From Candidatus Dormibacteria bacterium (GTDB lineage Bacteria; Chloroflexota; Dormibacteria; Aeolococcales; Bog-877), in the NCBI GenBank assembly GCA_046703825.1, contig JBJKSO010000086.1:16142-80141 (forward strand): DNA of 64,000 bases, written 5' to 3'. The first letter of the stretch is position 1. Every line of letters starts with the position of its first letter. Position numbers and translations under genes: made by a program. The notes beneath the pieces were generated by a model, which did not search any database, was not told the DNA's origin, and saw only the letters and a list, made by a program, of their open reading frames with translations. This document shows, piece by piece, positions 1 to 9,202 of the stretch.

Positions 1-552
1 GTCGCTGAAGAAGACCTGCATGTGGGGATGAACCTGGGTGGCCCCGGCCAGCGGCATGTAGTTCCAGGTGATCAACCCCTGGTAGCCGGGCGCCAGCGAG
101 CGGGCAGCGCGGAAGTACTCCTGCGCTACCTGGATTCCGTCCGCGAGGTGGTCGGCGGTGAACGCGCTCGGCGGCAGGAAGTGGGCGTGCGTCAGCGCGG
201 TCACGGCGCTGAAGCGGTCGTAGGGGGAGAGGTTGGGGAACAGGACCGCCTCGCCGCGCTGCAGGCGCTCCCCCAGGCCAAGCCGCCCAGGGAGCCGGGG
301 CGTCACCGTGAGCAGTCGGTCCGGGCAGAAGGGGCACTTGGGGGCCGAGACCTCCACCGCGTCGCCGAGATCGGGTACCCCCAGCTGGAAGCCGAGGAAG
401 TGGGCCACGCGTCCGGTGCGTCCGGTGAGCGGGTCCCGCCGCAGCTCGCACGGCAGCTCACGCAGCCAGCCGCCCTCGGCCGGCAGGTACTGGGCCAGCC
501 GCACGCTCCCCTGCAGCTCGAGGGGCGGTGCGGGCGATCCCTCCTCAGCCAC
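1..552 (-). CDS. GalT-like (HIT superfamily) nucleotidyltransferase, runs off the left edge
   Basis: Not in the ORF track; translated by hand from GTG at 552 (8-nt overlap with the rsmE stop). Contains RRDPLTG, CPFCP, FPNLSPY and NYMPLAGATQVHPHMQ (the GalT HxHxQ motif). Confidence 0.85.
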   Translation of the reverse strand, partial: MAEEGSPAPPLELQGSVRLAQYLPAEGGWLRELPCELRRDPLTGRTGRVAHFLGFQLGVPDLGDAVEVSAPKCPFCPDRLLTVTPRLPGRLGLGERLQRGEAVLFPNLSPYDRFSAVTALTHAHFLPPSAFTADHLADGIQVAQEYFRAARSLAPGYQGLITWNYMPLAGATQVHPHMQVFFSD

Positions 553-1303
553 CGTGAACCTCCAGGTCGCCTGCTCGCGCCAGCAGGACGGTGAGCGCGA
601 TCGCCCCGGCCAGGGCGGTGCGCAGGTTGCGCGGTCCCAGCGATACCTGGCGGGCGCCCAGAGTGGCCAGCCGCTGCAGCTCCGCCTGGTCGAAGCCGCC
701 CTCGGGCCCGACCAGCAGCGCGGTCGGCCTCTGCGGATCCCAGCTGGCCGAGGTCAGCGCCTGTCGCAGCTCGCCCTGATGGCAGGTGAATGCCTGCAAC
801 TCCGGCCGCTCGCGCTGGAGCTGGGTCAGCGCCTCGGAAATCGGGGAGGGGAGCCGCACCTCGGGGACCCGGTGCCGGCCAGCCAGCTGGGCGGCCTCAC
901 GGGCGATCGCCTGCCAGCGCTCGAGCCGGCTCTGGGCGGCCGCCGGGTCGATCCTGGGAACGGTGCGCGAGGACAGCGCGGGCCGGATCGAGGCCACCCC
1001 CAGCTCCGTTGCCCGCTCGCAGACATCGGCCATGCCCTGACCCTTGGGCAGGGCTTGAAGCAGGTGGATCTCGGCGCGGGGCTCGCGGCGCGTGCGCCGG
1101 GAGGCAACGATGGTGCCGGTCACCTGATCGGGCCCAAGGCTCTCCAGCTCCACGTCATGCTCGGTACCATCCTCCACCACCACGGTGATCAGCTCGCCCA
1201 GACGCGAGCGCAGGACCTTGCTGATGTGCCAGGCGTCCTGGTCGAGGATCCGGACTCGCCCGTTCGAGCTGACTTGGTGCGAGGAGACGAAGAAGACCGG
1301 CAC
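545..1303 (-). CDS. rsmE: 16S rRNA m3U1498 methyltransferase RsmE
   Basis: HISKVLR, ATELGV, EAAQLAGR, VGPEGGF and LGPRNLRTALA SPOUT motifs. Confidence 0.95.
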   Translation of the reverse strand: MPVFFVSSHQVSSNGRVRILDQDAWHISKVLRSRLGELITVVVEDGTEHDVELESLGPDQVTGTIVASRRTRREPRAEIHLLQALPKGQGMADVCERATELGVASIRPALSSRTVPRIDPAAAQSRLERWQAIAREAAQLAGRHRVPEVRLPSPISEALTQLQRERPELQAFTCHQGELRQALTSASWDPQRPTALLVGPEGGFDQAELQRLATLGARQVSLGPRNLRTALAGAIALTVLLARAGDLEVHGG

Positions 1304-1365
1304 GGGCCAGCAGTTTACTTACCGCTCCACGCGGCCGGGCTCGGCCGCCTGGGCACCTAACTAGC

Positions 1366-2226
1366 ATGGAAGGAGTGGACTGGCCAGAGCAAAGCGCGCT
1401 CCGAGTGGTTACCTCCGGCGGGGTGCGGCTGGCGGTCTGGGAGCTGGGTGAGGGCCCCGACCTGCTGCTGCTGCCCGGTCTCGGGACCGATCATCACGTG
1501 TTCGTCTGGAACATCGGCCGGCTGGCACGAAATTTCCGCTGCTTGGTCCCCGACCAGCGGGGGGTGGGAAGTTCTCAGGCGAGCCCCGGCCCCTACACGA
1601 TGGAAATGCTCGCCGACGATGCCAGTCAGGTACTCGACCAGCTGGCTCCCGGGGGTGCCCACGTCTTCGGCGCCTCCATGGGGGGGATGGTCGCCCAGCA
1701 GCTGGCGATCCGCCATCCCGGGCAGGTACGCACGCTGAGTTTGGGCTGCACTGGGCCGGGGGGAACGGCTGCGGTCAAGGCCGATCCCGGCGTCACCAAG
1801 CGACTTTTGGGAGGCGATGCCCGCGACCCCGGCTCCGCCTACCGCGTCGCTTGCACCGTCCTCTACGAGCGGCGCTGGCGCGAGACGCATCCCGAGGTGA
1901 TCGAAGATGCCGTCCACTGGCGCGCCACCCACCCGGTACGGCCGGGCGTGTTCGCGGCCCAGTGGGCTGCCAGCCGGCATCACCACGCCTCCGACCTACT
2001 GCCCAGGATCAGTGCTCCCACCCTGATCTTGCACGGGACTGCGGACATCGTCATGCCCCCCGGCAACGCGCTGGTGCTGCAGTCGCGCATCCCGGGGGCT
2101 CAGCTACGGTGGATGGTGGGTCGCGGCCACCTCTTTTTCCAAGAGGCGCCCGAGGAGACCGAGCGGCTGATCCTGGAGCACTCACTCGCGGCTGGCCGGG
2201 CCGCTGCCAGCGGCCGAGCAACCTAG
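1366..2226 (+). CDS. alpha/beta-fold hydrolase (start may be GTG 1375)
   Basis: DQRGVGSS, GASMGG nucleophile elbow, HGTAD, GHLFF catalytic His. Confidence 0.9.
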   Translation: MEGVDWPEQSALRVVTSGGVRLAVWELGEGPDLLLLPGLGTDHHVFVWNIGRLARNFRCLVPDQRGVGSSQASPGPYTMEMLADDASQVLDQLAPGGAHVFGASMGGMVAQQLAIRHPGQVRTLSLGCTGPGGTAAVKADPGVTKRLLGGDARDPGSAYRVACTVLYERRWRETHPEVIEDAVHWRATHPVRPGVFAAQWAASRHHHASDLLPRISAPTLILHGTADIVMPPGNALVLQSRIPGAQLRWMVGRGHLFFQEAPEETERLILEHSLAAGRAAASGRAT

Positions 2227-2313
2227 GCGGCTGCGCAAGCTAAAATCGCGGTCCGCGTCCTTCGGTCCTCTCGAGCGGACGCACTTGGTCAACCATGTGG
2301 GAGGTGAGTTCAG

Positions 2314-2496
2314 CTGTCCGAGGTCAAGCTCCGGGAAGGCGAGTCCTTCGAAAGTGCCCTGCGCCGGTTCAACAAGAAGATCAAGCAGAACGGCATCCTC
2401 ACCGAGGTGCGCCGCCGCGAGTTCTACGAGAAGCCCAGTGTTCGCCGCAAGAAGAAGGTGATGGCAGCGCGCAAGCGCCGGGCCAAGCAGGGCTGA
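2314..2496 (+). CDS. rpsU: 30S ribosomal protein bS21 (CTG start)
   Basis: Missed by the ORF track. Reads (M)[47 protein letters not shown]; SD GGAGGTG at 2300-2306. Confidence 0.95.
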   Translation: MSEVKLREGESFESALRRFNKKIKQNGILTEVRRREFYEKPSVRRKKKVMAARKRRAKQG

Positions 2497-3017
2497 TCCA
2501 GACCCGGGCCCGGCCCCCGGTCCAGCTCGTGCTCTCACGCCGGCTGAGCCGTCACTGTCGGGAGCTGGCGCGAGACGCCGGGCTTGGGGGCTTGCTGCGG
2601 GAGTCGCTGGTGGGGTTGAAGCTACCCGACGCGACGCTCGCCTGCATGCTGACCACAGCCCCGGAGCTGCGCCGGCTCAACCGGGACTTCGCTGACGAGG
2701 ACGCGGCCACGGACGTTCTGGCCTTTCCCGCCCGGTCCGATACTTTCGTGGTCGCCGGCCCCGCCGCTGCCCACCTGGGCGATCTGGCCATCGCCGTCAG
2801 CGTCGCCGCGGCGAACGCGCGCCGCCAGCATGGCGATGCCACCTTCGAGCTGCGGATGCTCGCCGTGCACGGTCTGCTCCACCTGCTCGGCCACGACCAT
2901 GGTGTGCCCGCGGCGGCCCAGCGGATGGGCGAGCTCACGCAGGAGCTGCTGAGCTCGTTTGCCGAGCGCAGAGGCTGGCCCACGCTGACCGCTCCCCGAC
3001 TGCAGGTGCATGGGTGA
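2493..3017 (+). CDS. ybeY: rRNA maturation endoribonuclease YbeY (start uncertain: CTG 2493 or GTG 2529)
   Basis: LNRDF, TDVLAF, LGDLAI and the [11 protein letters not shown] zinc motif. Confidence 0.9.
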   Translation: MIQTRARPPVQLVLSRRLSRHCRELARDAGLGGLLRESLVGLKLPDATLACMLTTAPELRRLNRDFADEDAATDVLAFPARSDTFVVAGPAAAHLGDLAIAVSVAAANARRQHGDATFELRMLAVHGLLHLLGHDHGVPAAAQRMGELTQELLSSFAERRGWPTLTAPRLQVHG

Positions 3018-3646
3018 AGCGGCTGCTGCGGTCCGGGCCAAGGGCGCCCAGGGTCCCGGAGGGCAGCTGGCTGGTGCTCGGGCTGGGCAATCCCGGCGAC
3101 GACTACGAGAGCAGTCGACACAACGCCGGCGCGACCGCGGTCGAGATCCTGGCGGAGCGGCTCCGGGTGCGCCTCGGCAGGTTCGCAGGCCCGGCCCGGG
3201 TGGCCATGGCGACTCTGGCCGAGAACTCAGTGGTGCTGGCCCGCTCCAAGACCTACATGAACGATTCCGGCATCGCCGCGGCCCGGCTCGTCGCCAGCCT
3301 AGGTCTGGACCCGAACCACCTGATCGTCGTCTGCGATGATTTGGACCTCCCGATGGGACGGCTGCGGATCCGGGCGCGGGGCAGTTCCGGTGGCCACAAT
3401 GGGCTGCGCTCGATCGAGGCCAGCCTGCGCTCCCGGGAGTTCATCCGGGTGCGAATCGGGATCGGGCGCCCGCCGGGGGGCGTGGACGCTATCGAGCATG
3501 TGCTCGGCCAGCTCCAGGGTGACCAGCGGGAGCAACTGCGGCGCGCCTGCGCCCGGGCGGCCGATGCTGTCTCGGCGGTCGTGGCTGAGGGAATAGAAAA
3601 GGCGATGACCGAGTACAACCAGGTGACTGCCAGCGATGGCGACTGA
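3014..3646 (+). CDS. pth: peptidyl-tRNA hydrolase
   Basis: GLGNPG, SRHNAG, TYMNDSG, GGHNGLRS, RVRIGIGRP. Confidence 0.97.
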   Translation: MKRLLRSGPRAPRVPEGSWLVLGLGNPGDDYESSRHNAGATAVEILAERLRVRLGRFAGPARVAMATLAENSVVLARSKTYMNDSGIAAARLVASLGLDPNHLIVVCDDLDLPMGRLRIRARGSSGGHNGLRSIEASLRSREFIRVRIGIGRPPGGVDAIEHVLGQLQGDQREQLRRACARAADAVSAVVAEGIEKAMTEYNQVTASDGD

Positions 3647-6600
3647 GACAACCGCCGCAGAGAGCACCATGCTCGCCCGGATCGAGGAGACGGCGCTGGG
3701 CGCTGGACTGCGGCGCTGGGCCGCCTCGGGTGCGCCGCACACGGCGGTCGGCGGGGTGGTCAGGGCGGCGTCCGGGCTGCTGGCGGAGCTGGCGCGGCAG
3801 CTCCTAGGCCGGACGGTGCTGCTGGTGGTCCCGGAACCGGAGGCCGCCTACGGGGAAGTGGCCAGCTTCGCCGGCGAGCGGGGCGTCTGCCTGTTTCCCG
3901 CCCCCGACGTCCTGCCCTTCGACCGGACCGCGCCCGCGCTCGAGGTGTTGCGGCACCGCCTGGACACGATCCGGCGCTTGCGCTCGGGTGAAGCTCTGGT
4001 GGTGGTTACCTCCATGTCCGCTTTGCTGCGGCCCACGGTGGCACCGGAGTGGGTGGGCTCGCAGGTGCGCCAACTTGAGGTCGGCACCCAGGTAGGGCCC
4101 CTGGCCCTGAGCCGCCTGCTGCTCGAGGCTGGCTACCGCCAGGAGTCGATCGTGGCCGGCCCCGGAGAATTCGCCCGCCGAGGAGGCATCGTCGACTGCT
4201 TCCCCCTGGATGGGCGCCCCTGGCGGGGGGAGTGGGAGGGAGACCAGGTCGCTGGGCTGTGGCGGCTCGACCCCGAGACCCAGGGATCCCGGGCCGCGCT
4301 CTCGGCGGTGCCTCTGATGCCGGCACGAGAGTTTCCCCTGGACTCGGAATCTCTGCAGCGGGCCACCGCCCGACTCAGGGCCCTCGACCTGGAGGCGCTG
4401 CGCGAGGATGTGCGCGAGCGGTGGCTGGAGGACCTCGGACGCCTCGGTGACGGCGTGCTGCCCGATCCCGTGGATGGGCTCGCCCCCTTGCTCTTGGAGC
4501 CGGGCCAGACCCTGCTCGAACACCTGCCCCAGCCGACCTTGCTCATCACCGAGCGCTACCAGCGCCTCCGTGAGCAGGCTCACAGCTGGCTGGCCGAGGT
4601 TGAGCGGGTCCGCGAGGGCGAGGTGGAGCGACTCGAGCTGCCGGCCGGCTTGGCGATCAATCTCGCTCCCCTGGACAAGTTCGACTCCACCTTCTCCGGC
4701 CCTTGGTCTTTGGATCTGGTCCGAGAGCCGGCGCCCGACTCGCAGGCCTGTGAGGACGCCCAGATGGCGGCGGCGCCCACTTTTGCGGGCGACTTCGCCG
4801 AATTCGCCCGCCAGAGCGGAGAGCTGCTCCGCGCCACCGGGACCGTGATCGTGCTCGGGCGCCAGGAGGAGCGGGTGGCCGAGCTGGCTAGCGACCATGG
4901 ACTGGAGCCGGTGCCGCTGGAGGCGTTCGAGCTGGGGACCGAGCTGCCCAGGTCGGCTCTCGTGCTGGGGCCGGGCGACCTGCGCAGCGGGGTGGTGCTG
5001 GCCCAGGAGCGGGTGGCGGTCTTCTCCGACGGCGACCTCTTCGGGGCCCAGCAGCGGCGGCCGTCATCGCTGTTGCGCACGGTGCGGCGGGCGGAGTCGA
5101 GCGCGGCTGGGAGGGTGCGGCGGGCCTCGATTGGCGTGCCCGACCTGAGCGTGTTCCGCTTCAAGCTGGAGCCGGGCGACGTGGTGGTCCACCGAGACCA
5201 CGGGATCGGACGTTTTTTGGGGATGCGCCGGGTCGCCGACGGCGACGGTGAGCGCGAGTACATGCAGCTGGAGTACGCCGACGGCAACAAGCTCTACGTG
5301 CCCGCGGAGCACCTGGACCGCGTGGAGAAGTACAGCGGCGGCAGCGGCAGCCAGCCCGCGCTGTCGCGCCTGGGCACGGGTGAGTGGGAGAGGACCCGCC
5401 GTTCGGTGCGGCGGCGCATCGACCAGATCGCCGAGGACCTGGTTGAGCTCTACGCCCGGCGGGCACAGGCTCAGGGCCACCCCTTCGCCAGCGATTCGCG
5501 CTGGCAGCAGGAGCTGGAGGCCTCATTCCCGTACCAGGAGACGCGCGACCAGCTGCTCGTGCTGGACGACATCAAGCGGGACATGGAGTCGCCGCGGCCG
5601 ATGGACCGCCTGCTATGTGGCGACGTCGGCTTCGGCAAGACCGAGATCGCCCTGCGTGCGGCCTTCAAGGCCGTGGAGGACGGCTATCAGGTGGCGCTAC
5701 TGGTTCCGACCACGGTGCTGGCCCAACAGCACTGGCTCACCTTCAAGGAACGGCTGAACGCGTTTCCGGTGGTGGTGGAGCAGCTCTCGCGGATGCGCAG
5801 CGATGACGAGGCCAAGGCGGTGCTGGGCGGTCTGGCCACCGGCGGCGTGGATATCGTCATCGGCACCCACCGACTCCTGCAGCGCGACGTCCGCTTCAAG
5901 AACCTCGGGCTCGTGATCCTGGATGAGGAGCAGCGGTTCGGGGTCATGCAGAAGGAGCGCCTCAAGAAGCTGCGCACTGCAGTGGATGTGCTCTCGCTTT
6001 CAGCAACACCGATCCCGCGCACCCTGCACATGGCGCTGGCGGGGATCCGCGACCTGTCGGTGGTTCGCACCCCTCCCGAGGGAAGGCTGCCGATCCGGAC
6101 TTACGTCACGGCCAAGGAGGAGGGCCTGGTCCAGGACGTGATTCGGCGCGAGCTGGCCCGCAATGGCCAGGTGTACTACGTACATAACCGTGTCCAGAGC
6201 ATGCAGGGCGAGGTGGAGTGGCTGCGGACGCTCGTTCCTGAGGCGCGGATTGCGGTCGCCCACGGGCAGATGGACGAGGGGACGCTGGCCAAGGTGATGG
6301 TGGCGTTCATGTCGGGCGAGGTCGACGTGCTCTGCTGCACCACCATCATCGAGAACGGCCTGGACATACCCAATGCCAACACCCTGGTGGTCGACGACGC
6401 GTCGCGCATGGGGCTCTCGCAGCTGTACCAGTTGCGCGGACGGGTGGGTCGGGCCGGCCAGCGCGCCTACGCCTACTTCCTCTACGACCCGCTGCGGTCA
6501 CTGACTGAGCGAGCCGACAAGCGGCTGGACGTGGTGGCCGACCTCCAGGACCTCGGTTCCGGGTTCGCGCTTGCACTCAAGGATCTGGAGATACGCGGTG

Positions 6601-7178
6601 CGGGCAACGTCCTGGGTGAGGCCCAGCACGGCGACATCGCCTCGGTTGGGCTCGAGATGTACAACCACCTGTTGCGCCAGGCGGTGCTCGCCGCTCAGGG
6701 GCAAGAGTTGCCCGAGTCACCCGCGCAGGTGTCGGTGGCCATGCCACTTCGGGCGCTGCTGCCGACGCAGTACATACCCGACGAGCGAGTGCGTTTGCGC
6801 ACCTATCAGCAGCTGGCCGCCGCCACCAGCGAGACGGAGCTGGAGGAGGTGGTCCGGAACCTGCGCCAGCGTTTCGGGTCGCGTCCAGTGGAGGTTGACA
6901 ACCTTGCGCTGGTGCTCAAGGTGCGGCTGATGGCGGCCGCGGCCGGGGCTCAGGCGATAGAGACCGACGGGGACCTGGTGCTGATCAAGTTCGAGCCCGG
7001 GCATGGGCTGGACCTGGGCCGGGCGCTGGCGGGCATGCCCGGGGCGGTGCAGCCGGGCAGCAACCGGGTGCGGATCCTGCTGGCGCAGGCGGGCGAGACC
7101 TGGCCCGAGCTGATCACCTCGGTCCTGCGCCGGCTGGTCCAGTCCCGCGTGCTAGAGCCGGCGGCGACGCCCTCGTGA
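3636..7178 (+). CDS. mfd: transcription-repair coupling factor
   Basis: RID domain (VVHRDHGIGRF), GDVGFGKT, DEEQRFG, QLRGRVGR, DLEIRGAGN; 1180 aa. Confidence 0.98.
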   Translation: MATETTAAESTMLARIEETALGAGLRRWAASGAPHTAVGGVVRAASGLLAELARQLLGRTVLLVVPEPEAAYGEVASFAGERGVCLFPAPDVLPFDRTAPALEVLRHRLDTIRRLRSGEALVVVTSMSALLRPTVAPEWVGSQVRQLEVGTQVGPLALSRLLLEAGYRQESIVAGPGEFARRGGIVDCFPLDGRPWRGEWEGDQVAGLWRLDPETQGSRAALSAVPLMPAREFPLDSESLQRATARLRALDLEALREDVRERWLEDLGRLGDGVLPDPVDGLAPLLLEPGQTLLEHLPQPTLLITERYQRLREQAHSWLAEVERVREGEVERLELPAGLAINLAPLDKFDSTFSGPWSLDLVREPAPDSQACEDAQMAAAPTFAGDFAEFARQSGELLRATGTVIVLGRQEERVAELASDHGLEPVPLEAFELGTELPRSALVLGPGDLRSGVVLAQERVAVFSDGDLFGAQQRRPSSLLRTVRRAESSAAGRVRRASIGVPDLSVFRFKLEPGDVVVHRDHGIGRFLGMRRVADGDGEREYMQLEYADGNKLYVPAEHLDRVEKYSGGSGSQPALSRLGTGEWERTRRSVRRRIDQIAEDLVELYARRAQAQGHPFASDSRWQQELEASFPYQETRDQLLVLDDIKRDMESPRPMDRLLCGDVGFGKTEIALRAAFKAVEDGYQVALLVPTTVLAQQHWLTFKERLNAFPVVVEQLSRMRSDDEAKAVLGGLATGGVDIVIGTHRLLQRDVRFKNLGLVILDEEQRFGVMQKERLKKLRTAVDVLSLSATPIPRTLHMALAGIRDLSVVRTPPEGRLPIRTYVTAKEEGLVQDVIRRELARNGQVYYVHNRVQSMQGEVEWLRTLVPEARIAVAHGQMDEGTLAKVMVAFMSGEVDVLCCTTIIENGLDIPNANTLVVDDASRMGLSQLYQLRGRVGRAGQRAYAYFLYDPLRSLTERADKRLDVVADLQDLGSGFALALKDLEIRGAGNVLGEAQHGDIASVGLEMYNHLLRQAVLAAQGQELPESPAQVSVAMPLRALLPTQYIPDERVRLRTYQQLAAATSETELEEVVRNLRQRFGSRPVEVDNLALVLKVRLMAAAAGAQAIETDGDLVLIKFEPGHGLDLGRALAGMPGAVQPGSNRVRILLAQAGETWPELITSVLRRLVQSRVLEPAATPS

Positions 7179-7882
7179 CCGACGAGCAGCTGCAGCAAAT
7201 GGCGCGCGTCTTTGACGTGATGAGCCAGCTGCGGGCACCCGGCGGCTGTCCCTGGGACCGGGCCCAGACGCACCAGTCGCTGGTGCCGTTCCTCCTGGAG
7301 GAGACCTACGAGGCGATCGAGGCGATCGAGCGGGGCAGCGACAAAGAGCTGGCAGAGGAGCTGGGCGACCTGCTGGTGGAAGTAGCCATGCAGTCCGCGA
7401 TAGCCGCCGAACGGGGCGCTTTCGATGTTGGCGACGTCGCTCGAACGGCGGCGGAAAAGATGGTCGGCCGCCATCCGCACGTCTTCGCCGATACCGATCA
7501 GCTCTTCGACGCGGACGACGTCCTCCGCAACTGGGAAAGGCTGAAGGAACAAGAGAAGCCCGGACGAACGTCTGTGCTGGACGGGCTGCCGCGCACGCTG
7601 CCCGCGCTCGCCTTGTCCGCCGCCATGCAGCGACGTCAGGCGCGCAAGGGCCATGACGAGCTGCCGTCCCCGGCGGCGGCGACCAAAGTGGTCTCGGCCC
7701 GACTGGAGCAGCTAGAGCGCCCAGCAGGGCCAGAGGCGCGGCTACAGCAAATCGGCGAGCTTTTGTTCGCCCTGGTCGCGCTGGCACGACATCTCGACGT
7801 CGACCCCGAGGGAGCTCTGCGCGCAGTGGCACGGCGCCACCGGGAGGAGTACGAAGCGCAGATAACGCGCCCAACTGGCTAG
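7175..7882 (+). CDS. mazG: MazG nucleoside triphosphate pyrophosphohydrolase
   Basis: GCPWDRAQTH, EETYE, EELGDLL, RHPHVF. Confidence 0.95.
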   Translation: MTDEQLQQMARVFDVMSQLRAPGGCPWDRAQTHQSLVPFLLEETYEAIEAIERGSDKELAEELGDLLVEVAMQSAIAAERGAFDVGDVARTAAEKMVGRHPHVFADTDQLFDADDVLRNWERLKEQEKPGRTSVLDGLPRTLPALALSAAMQRRQARKGHDELPSPAAATKVVSARLEQLERPAGPEARLQQIGELLFALVALARHLDVDPEGALRAVARRHREEYEAQITRPTG

Positions 7883-7922
7883 CCGATATACTCCGCGACG
7901 CTACTCGTGCCGCCCGCGGCCG

Positions 7923-8414
7923 GTGCAAACCCACTCCACGTTGAAGCACATAGCAGCGGCCCCCAGGGGACAGTTCGATGACGCAGTGCGAGAGCTGCGA
8001 ATCAGGTGGCGCCTCCTCAAGAGGTCTCATCGGCCCCGGCAGCGCCACGCGATCTTGCTCTCCGGAGTTGTGATCCTGGGCTGGCTTTTGATCAGCCTGT
8101 ACCACGGTTACGGTGCCAACTCGGCGATGCGAGGAGATCTGGCGCAGCTGCAGCTGCAGACACAGCAGCTCAATCAGCAGGTCGCCACCGACCGGGCTGA
8201 GCTACGCGCCGCACGCTCGGCCGGCTCGCTGCAGGAGCGGGAGCGCGCCCAGGGGCTGGTGGCGCCGGGGGAGTCTACCTACATCGTCGAGAGCCCGCAG
8301 CAGGCGGCCGGCCCTGTGCCGGCGGAGCAGGGGGTGCAGATCGCCGGCCAGGTGGCGCAGCAGTTTCAGCAGTTCCTGGAGCCGGCCGCAGCCAGTCCGC
8401 CAAGTCACTCCTGA
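7923..8414 (+). CDS. septum formation initiator (FtsB/DivIC-like)
   Basis: One TM segment, Gln-rich coiled coil, ERAQGLVAPGE motif; position after mfd-mazG. Confidence 0.7.
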   Translation: MQTHSTLKHIAAAPRGQFDDAVRELRIRWRLLKRSHRPRQRHAILLSGVVILGWLLISLYHGYGANSAMRGDLAQLQLQTQQLNQQVATDRAELRAARSAGSLQERERAQGLVAPGESTYIVESPQQAAGPVPAEQGVQIAGQVAQQFQQFLEPAAASPPSHS

Positions 8415-8628
8415 CCCGCCCAGGTCGGGCTTGCAGGGTGGCCACGCATGCGTACGGCCATCGACGGCCAGTTCCCCCAGTGGCTCACCCGCGGCTTCCT
8501 GGAATCAGCGCGTGTCCGGGCCAGGTCCAGCCGGCGGCGCAGGGGCGGCCTTGGGCCCGGCGGCCGGCCCTTCTGCGAAGGCGATCCAGCTCTGCTCCCG
8601 GGCCGCTTCGAGTGCAAGTGCTGCCACT

Positions 8629-8657
8629 TTGACCTCTCCATCGTCGTCAGCTACAAT
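8629..8657 (+). promoter_or_regulatory. sigma70/sigmaA promoter for the tRNA pair
   Basis: TTGACC (8629-8634), 17-nt spacer, TACAAT (8652-8657). Confidence 0.8.
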
Positions 8658-8662
8658 CCCAG

Positions 8663-8734
8663 GGCGGCGTGGAGCAGTGGCAGCTCGTCGGGCTCATAAC
8701 CCGAAGGTCCCAAGTTCGAATCTTGGCGCCGCAA
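8663..8734 (+). tRNA. tRNA-fMet (initiator, CAT); CCA not encoded
   Basis: Cloverleaf with TCGGG-CT-CAT-AA-CCCGA (three G-C pairs), A11-U24, and an unpaired 1:72 position (G·A). Confidence 0.93.
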
Positions 8735-8760
8735 CGCTCCCCCAATAGGGCGCCGAGCGG

Positions 8761-8836
8761 GGCGGTATAGCTCAGGGGTTAGAGCGCTCGGCTCATAACC
8801 GAGGTGTCCCTGGTTCGAATCCAGGTACCGCCACCA
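8761..8836 (+). tRNA. tRNA-Met (elongator, CAT; Ile2 less likely)
   Basis: GGCGGTA/TACCGCC acceptor stem, CTCGG-CT-CAT-AA-CCGAG, TTCGAAT loop, encoded CCA. G4 and G5 argue against TilS identity elements. Confidence 0.9.
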
Positions 8837-9202
8837 GCGATTTCGCGCGCGGGCCGAGGTTGGAGATCGGCGCTCTTCGGCTTTCGGGATCTGTGGGGTG
8901 GGCCAGTCCTTGGCGCTCGCGTCACCCACGATCGACCCCCGCACCCTGAGGTTCCGCTTGCCGGCACAGGTCAGACCGCGTGGAAACCGCAAGCGCCCGT
9001 TTCCAGGCTGTTCCCCGTAACCGGCTCAACTGCTCGTAGCCGGGCGCTGCGTTGGCGGCCGGGGCATGCCGTGAGCAGGTGCACTGATCTAGTCGTTCTC
9101 ACCTGCTAGCCGTCGGCGCCGACCGGTCCCGCTTGGCGCGACCCGGTGGCGCGGTTCAGGGCCGGCTCAGGCGGTCCTCGTTGGCGTGGCGGCTGCCGGT
9201 CA

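Noticed and set aside
2295-3017. 240-aa ORF from ATG 2295 as an extended YbeY
   Set aside because: Its first ~66 codons overlap rpsU in another frame; an open frame is unremarkable at this GC content.
8448-8699. ORF with Cys-rich PFCEG...FECKCCHF, zinc-ribbon or Rieske-like
   Set aside because: It runs through the tRNA promoter into tRNA-fMet and has no complete motif; at most a remnant.
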